A DNA stretch of 64,000 bases from an uncultured Acidobacteriota bacterium (GTDB lineage: Bacteria > Acidobacteriota > UBA6911): positions 32,001 through 96,000 of the forward strand of contig CAWHCF010000029.1 of the NCBI GenBank assembly GCA_963827655.1. The letters are read 5' to 3'. Below are positions 18,632 to 29,016 of the stretch, piece after piece. Made by a program: the position numbers and the translations under genes. The notes under the pieces are model-generated. The model was not told where the DNA came from. It saw only the letters and a list, made by a program, of their open reading frames with translations, and did not search any database. Each line of letters opens with the position of its first letter. Position 1 is the first letter of the stretch.

Positions 18632-19937
18632 ACTGCATGACCCAGGCCTCATTGAAGCGCGCGTGTTTGATCGACTTTGACGCGGCTCTTCCCTCGGCAT
18701 CTCGCGGGAGATCCTTCCTCCCAAGATGATAGCTGTAACTGGCATGCAAGGTCCCGTCCCTGGCCTCGATGATCGACGGGTAGTGATACGATCCCGCTTC
18801 CGGACCGGGCGGATCGTATTCCAGATGCCTCTTCCATTTCCAACTTTTTCCTTCGTCTTCTGAGATCTGCACCGCCAGGCTATTCCTTCCCCGCTCCGTG
18901 TCATTGCCAATCAGCACCCAGTGGCCGTTTCTCAGCGAGATGATTTCGGCGCCCGATCCGGGATTGGGCATGTCGCTGTCAGTGACGGCACTCCACGTTT
19001 CGCCGCGGTCGCGTGATTCGCTCTGGTGCAGCCTTTTGGGAGGTGACCCGTTGTCCCGCATCAATGTGAACAGCGACCCGTCTTTCCGGCGGACGATGCT
19101 CGGTTGAATGTTGCCGCCACCCACAAGGGGCGTGCTCGTATGCCAGGTCTTACCCCAGTCATCGCTGATGGCCATCAGTGAAAAGGAGAACCCGTCGGAG
19201 TACAAGGGGACGATCAGCCGTGATCCATCGAGAACGAAGGGATGCGCGCGTGTCATCCAGCCCAGCCGGCGTTGGAGCTTGTCGGACGCGCGCTTCCGCA
19301 CGGCGTCAAAGTGAGCGCGGATTCGTCCTTGCTCCGGATGCTGCGAAGTCTGCAAAGCGGTTTCCAGACGAGGGAGTTCTCTGAGAACCGTATCCTCAAA
19401 TTCCTTTCCCGGGGTTATGTGAAGGACTTCGCTGATTTCCCACTGGGGCGGACCCGGTCCTTCGTAACTGGAGGCGATGCGATATTTCATCAGAGCGCTC
19501 GCCCATTCATTGGCCAGGATAGTGGGCCAGAGGAGCCACAGGCGGCGCCGCGGGTCGATGAACATCGCGCAATTTGTATCGGGGTATCCGGGCGTGTCGG
19601 CCATCGTGAAACGGGGACTCCAGCTCTCGGCTCCTTTTTGCTTGCGCGCGCCTTCGATCTTGACGTCGTCTGCCGTTCGCTCTCCAGACCCGTGAAACCA
19701 GCACACCAGCAGATCGCCGCCTGGCGTCTCGACAATACACGAGCCGTGGTTATGCCAGTGCTCGAGCGGAAAGATCAGCTCGGACTCGAGAAAGGGCGCG
19801 CCTTTAGCGCTTCTTTGCGTCGTCGCGTTTCCGCGGTTAATGGGGTTCGGCAACATTAACCACAAGGACGCCAGGAGGCTCAGACAGGCGAAGCTTTTTG
19901 CTCCTGCCGTGGTGATCATGCCCAATCGGGGTTTCAT
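18630..19937 (-). CDS. Exported sialidase-like BNR/Asp-box beta-propeller protein
   Basis: Signal peptide, Asp-boxes SDDWGKTW, SRDRGETW and SEDEGKSW, and HGSCIVE, NIQPS, YHYPS motifs. Confidence 0.85.
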   Translation of the reverse strand: MKPRLGMITTAGAKSFACLSLLASLWLMLPNPINRGNATTQRSAKGAPFLESELIFPLEHWHNHGSCIVETPGGDLLVCWFHGSGERTADDVKIEGARKQKGAESWSPRFTMADTPGYPDTNCAMFIDPRRRLWLLWPTILANEWASALMKYRIASSYEGPGPPQWEISEVLHITPGKEFEDTVLRELPRLETALQTSQHPEQGRIRAHFDAVRKRASDKLQRRLGWMTRAHPFVLDGSRLIVPLYSDGFSFSLMAISDDWGKTWHTSTPLVGGGNIQPSIVRRKDGSLFTLMRDNGSPPKRLHQSESRDRGETWSAVTDSDMPNPGSGAEIISLRNGHWVLIGNDTERGRNSLAVQISEDEGKSWKWKRHLEYDPPGPEAGSYHYPSIIEARDGTLHASYSYHLGRKDLPRDAEGRAASKSIKHARFNEAWVMQ

Positions 19938-19941
19938 CTTA

Positions 19942-20173
19942 GGGCTCGCGCAGAAATAACTTCACATTCTGGCGCGAGTGTCGGTTGTCAGTCATGAGCC
20001 GGTTTCTCTTAGCTAAGCACGCTTGGGATCGCGCCCCTTGGGCTGCGGCCCGCAGGCCCGCTGGCTTTGTTGCTCGCTCCTCACGTACCGCGCCGGGTAC
20101 GCATCGTCGCTCGCGCCTCGCCAGCGGGCCTGGGGGCCTGCAGCAGAATGCGAACCTATTTCTGCGCGAACCC
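19942..20173. mobile_element. MITE copy 2 (232 bp)
   Basis: TIRs GGGCTCGCGCAGAAATAA...CTATTTCTGCGCGAACCC with flanks TTA/TGA. Near-identical to 56756-56988. Confidence 0.85.
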
Positions 20174-20335
20174 TGAGATTTGGCGTGTCTTCGCGTCTTT
20201 CCCGTGGATGCTGCTTTCACGAGTTCGAAGAGGTTTACACGCGTGACAGACAATGCTATGTATGTCCGATCCATGTCAAGTCTCGATCCGGCTATCCTCG
20301 TCGTAAAGAAGCGTCCACGCAAATGGGGAACCTAT

Positions 20336-22030
20336 ATGAAGATCATGAATCGTCGTGCGCTTGGCGTAGCGGCTCTCTCCTGGCTCCTGGTTCTGAAGAT
20401 TCCGGGAGGGGCCCAGCAAGCTGAATTCAAGGGCACTTTTCAGGAAGTAATGGTTGGAATGCGCGACGGGGTGAAACTCGCCACCAATGTGTTTGTGCCT
20501 GAAGGTCAGGGGGGCTGGCCTGCCGTCTTGATGCGCACTCCGTACGGAAAGGACGGGAGAGGCAAAGATGTGGAGCCCGGATCCAACCGAATGCAGGCGG
20601 CCGCGTATGCTGCCCGTGGCTACGCGCTTGTGGTTCAGGATTGCCGGGGGACGGGAAGGTCCGAAGGTGAAAATGTTCCGTTTCGATTGGACCAGCCGGA
20701 CGGCTATGACACGGTGGAATGGATTGCCAAGCAGTCCTGGAGTAATCGCAAGGTCGGCATGGTTGGCGGTTCCGCGCTCGGCATAACGTCTACCTTGGCC
20801 GCGACCTATGCTCCGCCTCATCTGGTATGCGCCTTTGTCGCGGTAACTCCGGCGAATATTCGCACCGATACCCTCTACATGGGTGGCGTGTATCGCAAGG
20901 AGATGAACGACGGATGGCTGAAAACTCAGGGAAAGGAAAACCAGATTGCAGAGACAGTGGCGCGGCCGATTTCGGACCGCTACTGGGACTGGCGCGACAT
21001 CGTCAGCCAGCACGGCAAGATACGGATTCCCATCTACAACGTAGGGGGCTGGTACGACATTTTCGCGCAAGGCAACATCGACAATTTCGTGGGGCTGCAA
21101 GCTAATGGGGGAGGGGTTGCGGCCGGGAACCAGAAGCTGCTCATGGCCCCGATCGGACATGGCGGCCTGTCCGGACGCCTCAAATATCCTGAGAACTCCC
21201 GTTTCAACCAGCAGGAGATTCAGTTCCGCTGGCTCGACTATTGGCTGAAAGGCGCGCGCAACGGCATTATGGATGAACCCGCCGTGCGGTATTACGCGAT
21301 GGGCGATCCGTCGGATCCACAGGCTCCCGGCAATGAATGGCGAACCTCTGATTCATGGCCTCCGCCATCCAGGATCACGCCCTACTACCTGGGGCCGAAG
21401 GGAAGTCTCGCCGTTGACTACCCCGCCGAAGGGGAAAGCGCCGGTGAGTACCGCTACGATCCGAAAAACCCGGTGCCTACGGTGGGCGGCCAGAATCTCA
21501 TGATTCCGGGGAAGGGTCCGATGGACCAGCGGGCGATCAAGGAACGAGACGACTACCTTCGCTTCGAAACACCGGCCCTCACCCAACCCGTCGAAGTCAC
21601 GGGCCGCGTTTATGTCGATCTTTGGGTAGAAACGGATGCTCCCGATACGGACTTCGTGGCCAAACTCGTGGACGTATATCCGGACGGGTATGAGGCGCTG
21701 GTCCTCGATGCGCCGCTTCGCCTCAGATACCGCGAGGGGCTGGACCGGGAGGTTTTCATGAAGCCCGGTGAAGTTGTGAAGATCAGGCTGGACCTCTGGT
21801 CGACCAGTCTTGTGTTCAACAAAGGTCACAAGATTGCGGTCCACGTCACGAGCAGCAATGATCCGCGATTTGATCCAAATCCGAATACCGGGAAACGCCT
21901 CAGGCAGGATGACGAGACGCGCGTCGCCGTAAACCGCGTGCACCACGACGCCGCCCACCCTTCGCGAATTCTGCTTCCCCTGGTCCGCCCCGACGCTAAA
22001 CAAGGGAGCATGGCCGGAAAAGGGAACTGA
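20336..22030 (+). CDS. CocE/NonD family serine hydrolase (peptidase S15-like), exported
   Basis: MRDGVKLAT, RTPYG, QDCRGTGRSEG, DGYDTVEWIA, GGSALG nucleophile elbow, GWYDIF, TDFVAKLVDVYPDG. Likely start MKIMNRR at 20336. Confidence 0.9.
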   Translation: MKIMNRRALGVAALSWLLVLKIPGGAQQAEFKGTFQEVMVGMRDGVKLATNVFVPEGQGGWPAVLMRTPYGKDGRGKDVEPGSNRMQAAAYAARGYALVVQDCRGTGRSEGENVPFRLDQPDGYDTVEWIAKQSWSNRKVGMVGGSALGITSTLAATYAPPHLVCAFVAVTPANIRTDTLYMGGVYRKEMNDGWLKTQGKENQIAETVARPISDRYWDWRDIVSQHGKIRIPIYNVGGWYDIFAQGNIDNFVGLQANGGGVAAGNQKLLMAPIGHGGLSGRLKYPENSRFNQQEIQFRWLDYWLKGARNGIMDEPAVRYYAMGDPSDPQAPGNEWRTSDSWPPPSRITPYYLGPKGSLAVDYPAEGESAGEYRYDPKNPVPTVGGQNLMIPGKGPMDQRAIKERDDYLRFETPALTQPVEVTGRVYVDLWVETDAPDTDFVAKLVDVYPDGYEALVLDAPLRLRYREGLDREVFMKPGEVVKIRLDLWSTSLVFNKGHKIAVHVTSSNDPRFDPNPNTGKRLRQDDETRVAVNRVHHDAAHPSRILLPLVRPDAKQGSMAGKGN

Positions 22031-22071
22031 ACCGGATCGGCGAGACCCTCGCCACCCTGACAGGAGGAAAT

Positions 22072-24270
22072 ATGCCGAATCGACGCGCTCGCGTTGCCTT
22101 CACATTCTTGATGATACTCGCCAGCGTTTCTGGCCGCGGGCAGAACGCTGTCGGGAGAAGGGATCCCGACGCCGGCAAGGTTGTTGTCTATCGCGACGAG
22201 TATGGTGTTCCCCACATCTTTGCCCCGACGGTTGAAGGTGGGGGATATGCGGTCGGATATGCTCAGGCCGAGGATCGGCTGGAGGAGTTATTGAAGAATA
22301 TTCTGCGGGGCACGGGAGAAATGGCGGCCGCGTTCGGAGCCGAGGAACTCAACAGCGACCTTCAGAACCGGATGTGGCGGCACTACGAGATTGCGCGGAA
22401 AAACTTCAATCGCATCCGCCCTGAGGTGCGCCGATACATGGCAGCCTACGTTCAGGGAGTAAACGACTACCTGACTTCGCACACGAGCGAGATTCCGGCC
22501 TGGTGGGGAGACCGGAAACTGGACGTGTACATGTCGGTGGCCCACGGCCGGCAGTTCATGTGGGGTTGGCCATCGGGCCAGGCGCTGGGAGAATTGCGCG
22601 CCGCCGGTATCAATCCGAACTTTGGCGCCGATTTCCGCAGTTCGAATCAAATGGCGATTGCTCCCGGGCGAACATCGGTCAAGGCTCCGATTCTGATCAT
22701 CGATCCACACCTTTCCTGGTGGGGCGCGACGCGGTTCTGGGAATTCCGGATCCACGCGGGAGAGCTCAATGGATCCGGATTCACCATTCCCGGTAATCCG
22801 TATGTCGGCCTGGGTCACACCGACCACACCGCCTGGGCGATGACCACCGGGGGGCCTGATACGGCAGATATATACGTCTTGACCTTGAATCCCGAAAACC
22901 CTCTTCAGTACAGGTACGATGATAGCTGGAAGACGCTGACGCCCCGTACCGTCCGAATCGCAGTGAAAGGGGAAGAGAAGCCACGCGAGGTAACGTTCCA
23001 CGACTCCCACAATGGGCCGGTTGTCGCCAAGGTCGGGAATAAAGCTTATGTCGCAAAACTGGCCTATGCGGATGAGGTGCAGTACGGCGAATCGTTCTGG
23101 CTCTTCAACCTGGCCAGGAATGTTGAGGACTTTCGCAAAGCGCTCGATCTCAACCAGATCATGCCCCAGAACGTTATGGTGGCCGACACCAGCGGCGACA
23201 TTTACTATCAGCGAACGGGGCGGGTCCCGATCCGCCCCGACGGATATGATTTTTCGAAACCGGTGGACGGTTCCACCAGCAAGACCGAATGGCTCGGGAT
23301 TCATCGCGCGCGCGACTTGATCTCGATCGAAAACCCGGCTCAGGGCTACATGCAGAACTGCAACATCCCTCCGGACGTGATGATGGTGAATTCCACTCTG
23401 ACTCCCGATCAGAAGAAGATCTACATGTTCAATCAGCCGGCGGGCCGGACGCACCAGCGAGCCGCCCAGGCGGTGCAAGTTCTTCACAAGGATAACTCTG
23501 TGACTCCCGAAGAGGCGATTGCTCTTGCCCTGGACAGCTACTGTTACCAGTACGATCGATGGACCGAAGCCCTGAAAAAGGCCGATGAAAAATACGGCGC
23601 CGCGTACAAGAACGACTCCGACTATCAGCAAGGGTTGCGAGAAATACTTTCGTGGAACGGGCGGTCCGATCCGGATTCTAAAAATGCTCTGAAGTACTAT
23701 TACTGGCGCCAGGGAATGAAACAGATCCTCGGCCCTGGATATCGGGACTTGATTGAAAAGCTGGCCGATTACATGGAGGCGTTGGGGAAACCCAAGCAGG
23801 CTACGGATGTCGTATCCGACGCGGAGTTCAAGGCGATGGCCGCGGGACTGGCACTGGCGATGAAGACCATGCGCCAGAATCACAACTCGCTGGACGCGGT
23901 TTACGGGCAGGTCTTTCGCGTCGGGCGGGAGGACAAGTCTTGGCCCGTCGGCGGTGGATCTCTTCAGGAGGAAGGAATGGCAACCCTTCGCGCGATTGGT
24001 TTTGGCAACCCGCGAGGCGACCACACGCGCTGGGGCGGGAGCGGCCAGACTTCAACCCAGGTTGTGCTCCTTACCCGTCCGGTCCGAAGCTGGACGCAAC
24101 CTCCAATTGGCCAGAGCGACCGGAGCGACTCGCCGTTCTTCCGGGATCAAGCGGAGAAACTCTTCAGTCCCGGCAAGATGAAGCCCACATGGTACGAGAA
24201 GAGCGAGCTATTGAAGCACGTCCATAGCCGAACCGAACTCAAGTATGTTCCGCCGGCGCCTGCCAATTGA
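22072..24270 (+). CDS. Penicillin acylase family (S45 Ntn-hydrolase), exported
   Basis: RDEYGVPHI, GYAQAEDR, beta-chain start SNQMAI, DPHL, QNCN. Confidence 0.9.
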   Translation: MPNRRARVAFTFLMILASVSGRGQNAVGRRDPDAGKVVVYRDEYGVPHIFAPTVEGGGYAVGYAQAEDRLEELLKNILRGTGEMAAAFGAEELNSDLQNRMWRHYEIARKNFNRIRPEVRRYMAAYVQGVNDYLTSHTSEIPAWWGDRKLDVYMSVAHGRQFMWGWPSGQALGELRAAGINPNFGADFRSSNQMAIAPGRTSVKAPILIIDPHLSWWGATRFWEFRIHAGELNGSGFTIPGNPYVGLGHTDHTAWAMTTGGPDTADIYVLTLNPENPLQYRYDDSWKTLTPRTVRIAVKGEEKPREVTFHDSHNGPVVAKVGNKAYVAKLAYADEVQYGESFWLFNLARNVEDFRKALDLNQIMPQNVMVADTSGDIYYQRTGRVPIRPDGYDFSKPVDGSTSKTEWLGIHRARDLISIENPAQGYMQNCNIPPDVMMVNSTLTPDQKKIYMFNQPAGRTHQRAAQAVQVLHKDNSVTPEEAIALALDSYCYQYDRWTEALKKADEKYGAAYKNDSDYQQGLREILSWNGRSDPDSKNALKYYYWRQGMKQILGPGYRDLIEKLADYMEALGKPKQATDVVSDAEFKAMAAGLALAMKTMRQNHNSLDAVYGQVFRVGREDKSWPVGGGSLQEEGMATLRAIGFGNPRGDHTRWGGSGQTSTQVVLLTRPVRSWTQPPIGQSDRSDSPFFRDQAEKLFSPGKMKPTWYEKSELLKHVHSRTELKYVPPAPAN

Positions 24271-24313
24271 GGAAGTGTCCTGGAAGTCCTCGCGTCTTCG
24301 TGGTTGATTCTGG

Positions 24314-25516
24314 TTATGGTTCCCGAATGGTAAAGGAATCTGCCACAGTCCTGTCCAGGGTTCGGACCGCTTCGACTTGAAGTTCTTTTTTTGTTACTCG
24401 GACTCGCAGATAGTGCGGGGAACTCTCGCGGTAGGCTGTGATCGCGGGCTGTTCCTTGACGAATTCATAGAGTGACTTCCCGCCGCCTCCGCTTATGGCG
24501 AACACTACTCCGCTCGATTTACGATAAGGACCGGGACCGCTTTCGGTAACCGTTGCGCCTCTCAAGGGGTAGCTTCGTTCATAGTTGTGATTGTGCCCTG
24601 CAAACACCAGGTCGACCTGATAAGTATCCAGTACCGAGCGCATGGCGTCGATCAGCGGCTGATTGTTTAGCCTGCGGACATTGGAGCTGTACAGGGGATG
24701 ATGCTGGAATACGATCAACCAGCGGACCTTCTTATCCAGCCGCGCGCTCTTGAGAGTGCTGGTAAACCAATCCATCTGCTCCGGGTCGCTGAACTGATGC
24801 GAATTGAAGGCAACGAAGCGCGCTTCGCCATAGTCGAAACTGTACCGGCTCTCTGGAGGCGGAAGAGCGAGGCGGGTAAGGTAAGCCACGTATCCGATCG
24901 GCTTTCCGTCTACTTGCTCGTTTTCGTGGTTACCCAGCGTCGGCATCACCGGGATTCTTCGCGACAAGGGTTCCAACTGATCGAACCAGCGGTCCCATAC
25001 CGGTTGGTTTCCATTGGCGTAAGATAAATCGCCCAGGATTAGATGGAATGCCGGGTTTTCACTCAGGACCAGGTCGACATTGGTTTTGCTGGTCTCTCCG
25101 ACGCCGTGATCCCCGAACGCGGTGAACAAGAAGTCTTTGTCATCGGATGGAGCGGTTTCAAAGGAGGAAGGCGCGCTGAATCCGCCTTTCGGGTCGCCTA
25201 CTCGGTATGAGTAGCGCCGGCCCGGTTCGAGACCTTCGAGTACTGCTTCATGAATGATCCCGGTCTCGTAAGGATAGGAGACGCGCCGTCCCTCCGCCCT
25301 CTGGTCCAGTCTGTCCGACGCCCCATACTCGACGACAGATTTTTCCGTGGGTAGAGCGGTCTGCCACACCACGGTCATTGTAGTCTTGGGCGGGCCGCTC
25401 CAGGATAGACGTAACTGCGTCGGTAGCGTGCCATCCGGCGCAAGCGGAGACCCCGCCCATGCGAGCAGGGAGAAGACCGCGATGACGATTAAGGGCTGAA
25501 AGCGAACCGGTTTCAT
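24314..25516 (-). CDS. Purple acid phosphatase-family metallophosphoesterase with N-terminal FN3-like domain
   Basis: FGDHG, GDLSYA, GNHE, HHP and GHNH metal motifs plus a signal peptide. Confidence 0.9.
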   Translation of the reverse strand: MKPVRFQPLIVIAVFSLLAWAGSPLAPDGTLPTQLRLSWSGPPKTTMTVVWQTALPTEKSVVEYGASDRLDQRAEGRRVSYPYETGIIHEAVLEGLEPGRRYSYRVGDPKGGFSAPSSFETAPSDDKDFLFTAFGDHGVGETSKTNVDLVLSENPAFHLILGDLSYANGNQPVWDRWFDQLEPLSRRIPVMPTLGNHENEQVDGKPIGYVAYLTRLALPPPESRYSFDYGEARFVAFNSHQFSDPEQMDWFTSTLKSARLDKKVRWLIVFQHHPLYSSNVRRLNNQPLIDAMRSVLDTYQVDLVFAGHNHNYERSYPLRGATVTESGPGPYRKSSGVVFAISGGGGKSLYEFVKEQPAITAYRESSPHYLRVRVTKKELQVEAVRTLDRTVADSFTIREP

Positions 25517-25776
25517 CTGGCTGTTTCCGCGATGGCGGTACAGGGTACCACGATTCTTGGTGTTTCTTCGTGTCTTTGTAATCCTGGTGTTATTTGTTTG
25601 GCAGCTGTAACCACGAAGACACGCTAAAAGCGCTTCTTTGCGGCCGCAGGGCAGGTCAGGCCTTCGCGCTTGATGCTCTCCTGGTGGTAAATGTTGCCGA
25701 ACGGTCGCCTCTTCTCTTATAATGCGCCGTTCTTACGGTCCGCTAAAACATTCTTTCTCATGGGCCTTTAAGCTCC

Positions 25777-26421
25777 ATGCACCTAAGGACCAATCGTCTC
25801 TTTCTTGAGTCAGCCGCAAAGGACTTCAAGCGCACCGGTGCCGTGGTTCCCAGCTCCAGGACCCTGGCTAACGCGATGTCGCGCGAACTCGCCTGGCGTT
25901 ACAAGAGTCCGGTCCGGGTTCTCGAAGTCGGAGCAGGAACCGGACGAATCACGGAAGAGATCGTCCGCCATGTCTCGCTCGTGGATCACGTCGATATTTA
26001 TGAGATCGAGCCCACGCTGGCGAACCTGATCCGGCTGCGCATTCGAGAGGACAAGGCTTTCCGACATGTCGACGCCGCGCTTCGCGTGCACAATAAGCCG
26101 ATCGAAAAAATCGAGCGGCGCCCCCGCTACGACTTCGTGATTTCGTGTCTCCCATTCACAAATTTTCACCCAGGCTCGGTGCGGGACATCTTCGAAATTT
26201 TTCGGGGAATCCTCAAGCCGGGAGGTACCTGCAGCTTCTATGAATACATCTTCGTACGGAAGGCTGCCCGAATTATGAGCGGCAAGCCCGCGGAACGCGA
26301 ACGCATGCAAAAGGTGGGGCAAATCGTCCGCGAATATATCAATCGCTACGAATACAGTCATGAGGTCGTACTGCGAAATCTGCCTCCCGCGATGGTACAC
26401 CACATTCGCTTTACCGATTAG
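25777..26421 (+). CDS. Class I SAM methyltransferase, phospholipid N-methyltransferase (PmtA)-like
   Basis: TGAVVPSS..LA..M, VLEVGAGTG.IT, SCLPF, RNLPPA.V. Confidence 0.75.
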   Translation: MHLRTNRLFLESAAKDFKRTGAVVPSSRTLANAMSRELAWRYKSPVRVLEVGAGTGRITEEIVRHVSLVDHVDIYEIEPTLANLIRLRIREDKAFRHVDAALRVHNKPIEKIERRPRYDFVISCLPFTNFHPGSVRDIFEIFRGILKPGGTCSFYEYIFVRKAARIMSGKPAERERMQKVGQIVREYINRYEYSHEVVLRNLPPAMVHHIRFTD

Positions 26422-26579
26422 CCCCCAGCGCAGTCGAAGTGTTCCTGGTGCCGGCGGGACTTGACGGCTATTTGGCTCCTGGGCATGCGCACCGGTTTCC
26501 GAGCTGCTGTGAGCGGCGTCATACGATCTTTGCTTGGCGAGTCGAGACGCCGGCGTTTCGATTACGTTCGGATCTTGTC

Positions 26580-27849
26580 ATGACTACCGACGTTGTAAAG
26601 AGCTGGCTCGAAACCGAGGCAGCCCATCTGTCCACGCTGGAGCCATCCGCTCCGCTCGAAGATCTTGACTTCCTCGCCGAGGTGGTTGGAGACGCGCGCA
26701 TTGTCGGGGTGGGAGAAAGCGCTCATGGAATCCACGAGTTCTATCTGGCGCGCCACCGCATCCTTCGTTTCCTGGTTGAGAAGCTGGGATTTCGTGCCTA
26801 CGTCCTGGAGTCAGGCTGGTGCGAGGGTGTTGCCGTCAATGACTGGGTACATGGCGGTACGGGTAATCTTGTCGATCTTCAACGAAGCGGCTTCACCTAT
26901 GGAATGGGGGCATGCAAGGAGATGACCGCCCAGCTCGAGTGGATGCGCGCGCACAATCGGGCGGGCGGCCCCGGCGTCGATTTCTCCGGCATGGACATGA
27001 TCGCAGCCCTGGCAACGCCGGAGCCCGGTCTTCGGCCTGCCCTTGCCTACCTCGAGCGGGTCGACCCGCCGGCAGCGGAGTACTTCCGGAGAGAAGTTAT
27101 CCCGCTGGTCGAGCGATTCGCATCTGACGAGCCGGACATGGCACGGTACCTCGCTATTCCGGCGGCCGACCGCGACCGGCTTACTGCGCTGCTGACAGAC
27201 ATCGCCCTGTTGTTTGACGACCGCAGGATCCAGTACATCTCGGCGACCAGTCTTGAGGACTACACAATTGCCCGCCAGCACGTCGCGCTGGTGAAGCAGT
27301 TCGACGATTTCATTCGCCATTTTCCTACGACCCCCGAGGCCGACGACGTGCATCCGCTTTGCGGACGGCCGCATGCGCGACCGTTACATGGCGGAGAACG
27401 TGGCGTGGATCCTCGATCATCTGGGTTCTGACGCCCGGATCGTCGTCGCGGCGCACAACGGCCATCTGCAGCGCAAGCCGTTGACCGTGACCATGGGAGG
27501 ACAGGAGGTGACCGCAATACCGACCACGCTTGGACAATACCTGGACGCTGACTGGTCCGACGATTACCGGCCCATCCTTCTTACCCATCGTGCTGGACAG
27601 ATCAGCGCGTCGCCTCCTGTCGTTCTGAGTGCTCCGGATGAGGACTCGCTCGCTGCGCTTCTGGCACGTGGCGGCGTGGAGCGGCTTCTCGTCGACCTCC
27701 GGTCCTGGCCCACCGATGGGCTGGTAGGAGAGGAGCTGGATAGCGTGACGATCATGCGCTTGAACGAAGACTACGCCTCCGTCGACCCGCGCCGTGGGTT
27801 CGACGCAGCCCTGTATGTCGACACAACGAGCCCCTACGAGAAGATTTGA
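26580..27849 (+). pseudogene. Erythromycin esterase (Ere)-family protein with one +1 frameshift near 27330-27370 (may be a sequencing error)
   Basis: Frame 1 has RIVGVGESAHGIHEF...R...LGF...LES...W. Frame 2 continues RDRYMAENV.WI...AHNGHL...LG..L...FDA.LYV. Confidence 0.75.
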
Positions 27850-27910
27850 TCGTGCCTTACCGTTCGTTGTGGTTACACGATCCGAGTCGACTTTGGCAAG
27901 GAGCAATTCT

Positions 27911-28897
27911 ATGAGGATTCTGGTCCTGTTGTTGGCAGCCCTGCACCTCGCTCAGGCAACGCCGGACGAACGGCCGGCGCTGGCGGTAGTTGAGAAGATT
28001 TCGGGGTCGGTCGGGTTTTATACAGCCGAGGGCAAACGCATCGGCGGCGTACAGGTGGGAGTCCACCCGCACGAGATCATCCTCTCACCTGACCGGCGCT
28101 ACGCCTACGTGTCTGACAACGGGATTCTGTGGATGACGAACCCGGGTGAGGGAGGCAATACGATCTCGATCATCGACCTGAAAAGCATGAAGAAGGCCGG
28201 TGTAATCTCGCTGGGCAACTATCGCCGTCCTCACGGGATGGACGTGGACCCCAAAACAGGCCGGCTCGTGGTGACAATCGAGAACCCTGACGGCCTGCTC
28301 CTCGTCGATCTGTCGGAGCGCAAGGTGCTGCGAAAGTACGATGTCCAGGGGGGCGATCCTCACATGGTGACGCTGAGCCGGGACGGCCAACACGCGTTCG
28401 TGAGCAACACCACGACCAACACCATCGCCGCAGTCCATCTCGATACCGGTAAGGTGACGCTGATTCCGACCGACGCTCGACCCCAGGGAGGTACCCTTTC
28501 GCGCGATGGCAAGCGCTACTACATCGCCAATGCCGAGGGCAATTCCATTGCGATCATCGACACCGAGAAGAAACAACGCATCGGGACGATCAAGTGCGGA
28601 CGGGGCGCCGCCCGGGTCGCGCTGACGCCTGATGGCAAGACGCTGGTCTACAACCTGGGCGAAGGCGGCAACGCGGTCGGGTTCGCGGACGTCGCGTCGC
28701 TGAAGGAAACAACAGTTCTGCCTATCGGCGGCCGCCCGCTCTCGCTGACTCTCTCAAGCGACGGTCGATTCGCCTACCTCGGCGTTCAGGACCAGGACAG
28801 GATCGTAGTCGTCTCGGTACCCGAACGGAAGATTGTCCGGGTAATCGAGACTCCGAAGGGGGCCGGCCCGGATCCCGCGCTGCCGCTGAATTGGTGA
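27911..28897 (+). CDS. YncE/YVTN-type beta-propeller repeat protein, exported
   Basis: Signal peptide MRILVLLL and repeated P-x(3-4)-S/T-P/R-D-G-x(2)-Y-V-x-N...I..ID blades. Confidence 0.82.
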   Translation: MRILVLLLAALHLAQATPDERPALAVVEKISGSVGFYTAEGKRIGGVQVGVHPHEIILSPDRRYAYVSDNGILWMTNPGEGGNTISIIDLKSMKKAGVISLGNYRRPHGMDVDPKTGRLVVTIENPDGLLLVDLSERKVLRKYDVQGGDPHMVTLSRDGQHAFVSNTTTNTIAAVHLDTGKVTLIPTDARPQGGTLSRDGKRYYIANAEGNSIAIIDTEKKQRIGTIKCGRGAARVALTPDGKTLVYNLGEGGNAVGFADVASLKETTVLPIGGRPLSLTLSSDGRFAYLGVQDQDRIVVVSVPERKIVRVIETPKGAGPDPALPLNW

Positions 28898-29016
28898 GGG
28901 CTACGCCTTTCACCAATTTCAGATGAATGGTTGGCTAAACTAACTGCGTACGCTCGTCGCCCAATCCTTCTGTGCATAATCTGAAATTGGGAAAAGCGTA
29001 GCCTGTCACCAGTTTT
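28888..29016. repeat. Pair of inverted REP-like palindromes (BIME-like) between convergent genes
   Basis: AATTGGTGAGGGCTACGCCTTTCACCAATT (28889-28918) and its inverted relative AAATTGGGAAAAGCGTAGCCTGTCACCAGTTT (28984-29015). Confidence 0.7.

Noticed and set aside
19939-20322. Small ORFs across the MITE copies (e.g. ...RQNVKLFLREP)
   Set aside because: They are translations of the non-coding repeat and have no transposase motifs.
22288-24024. 578-aa antisense ORF (similarly 30814-31980, 43412-44599, 55207-56316)
   Set aside because: These are shadow frames opposite well-supported genes, expected from GC-biased codon usage, and they have no recognisable motifs.
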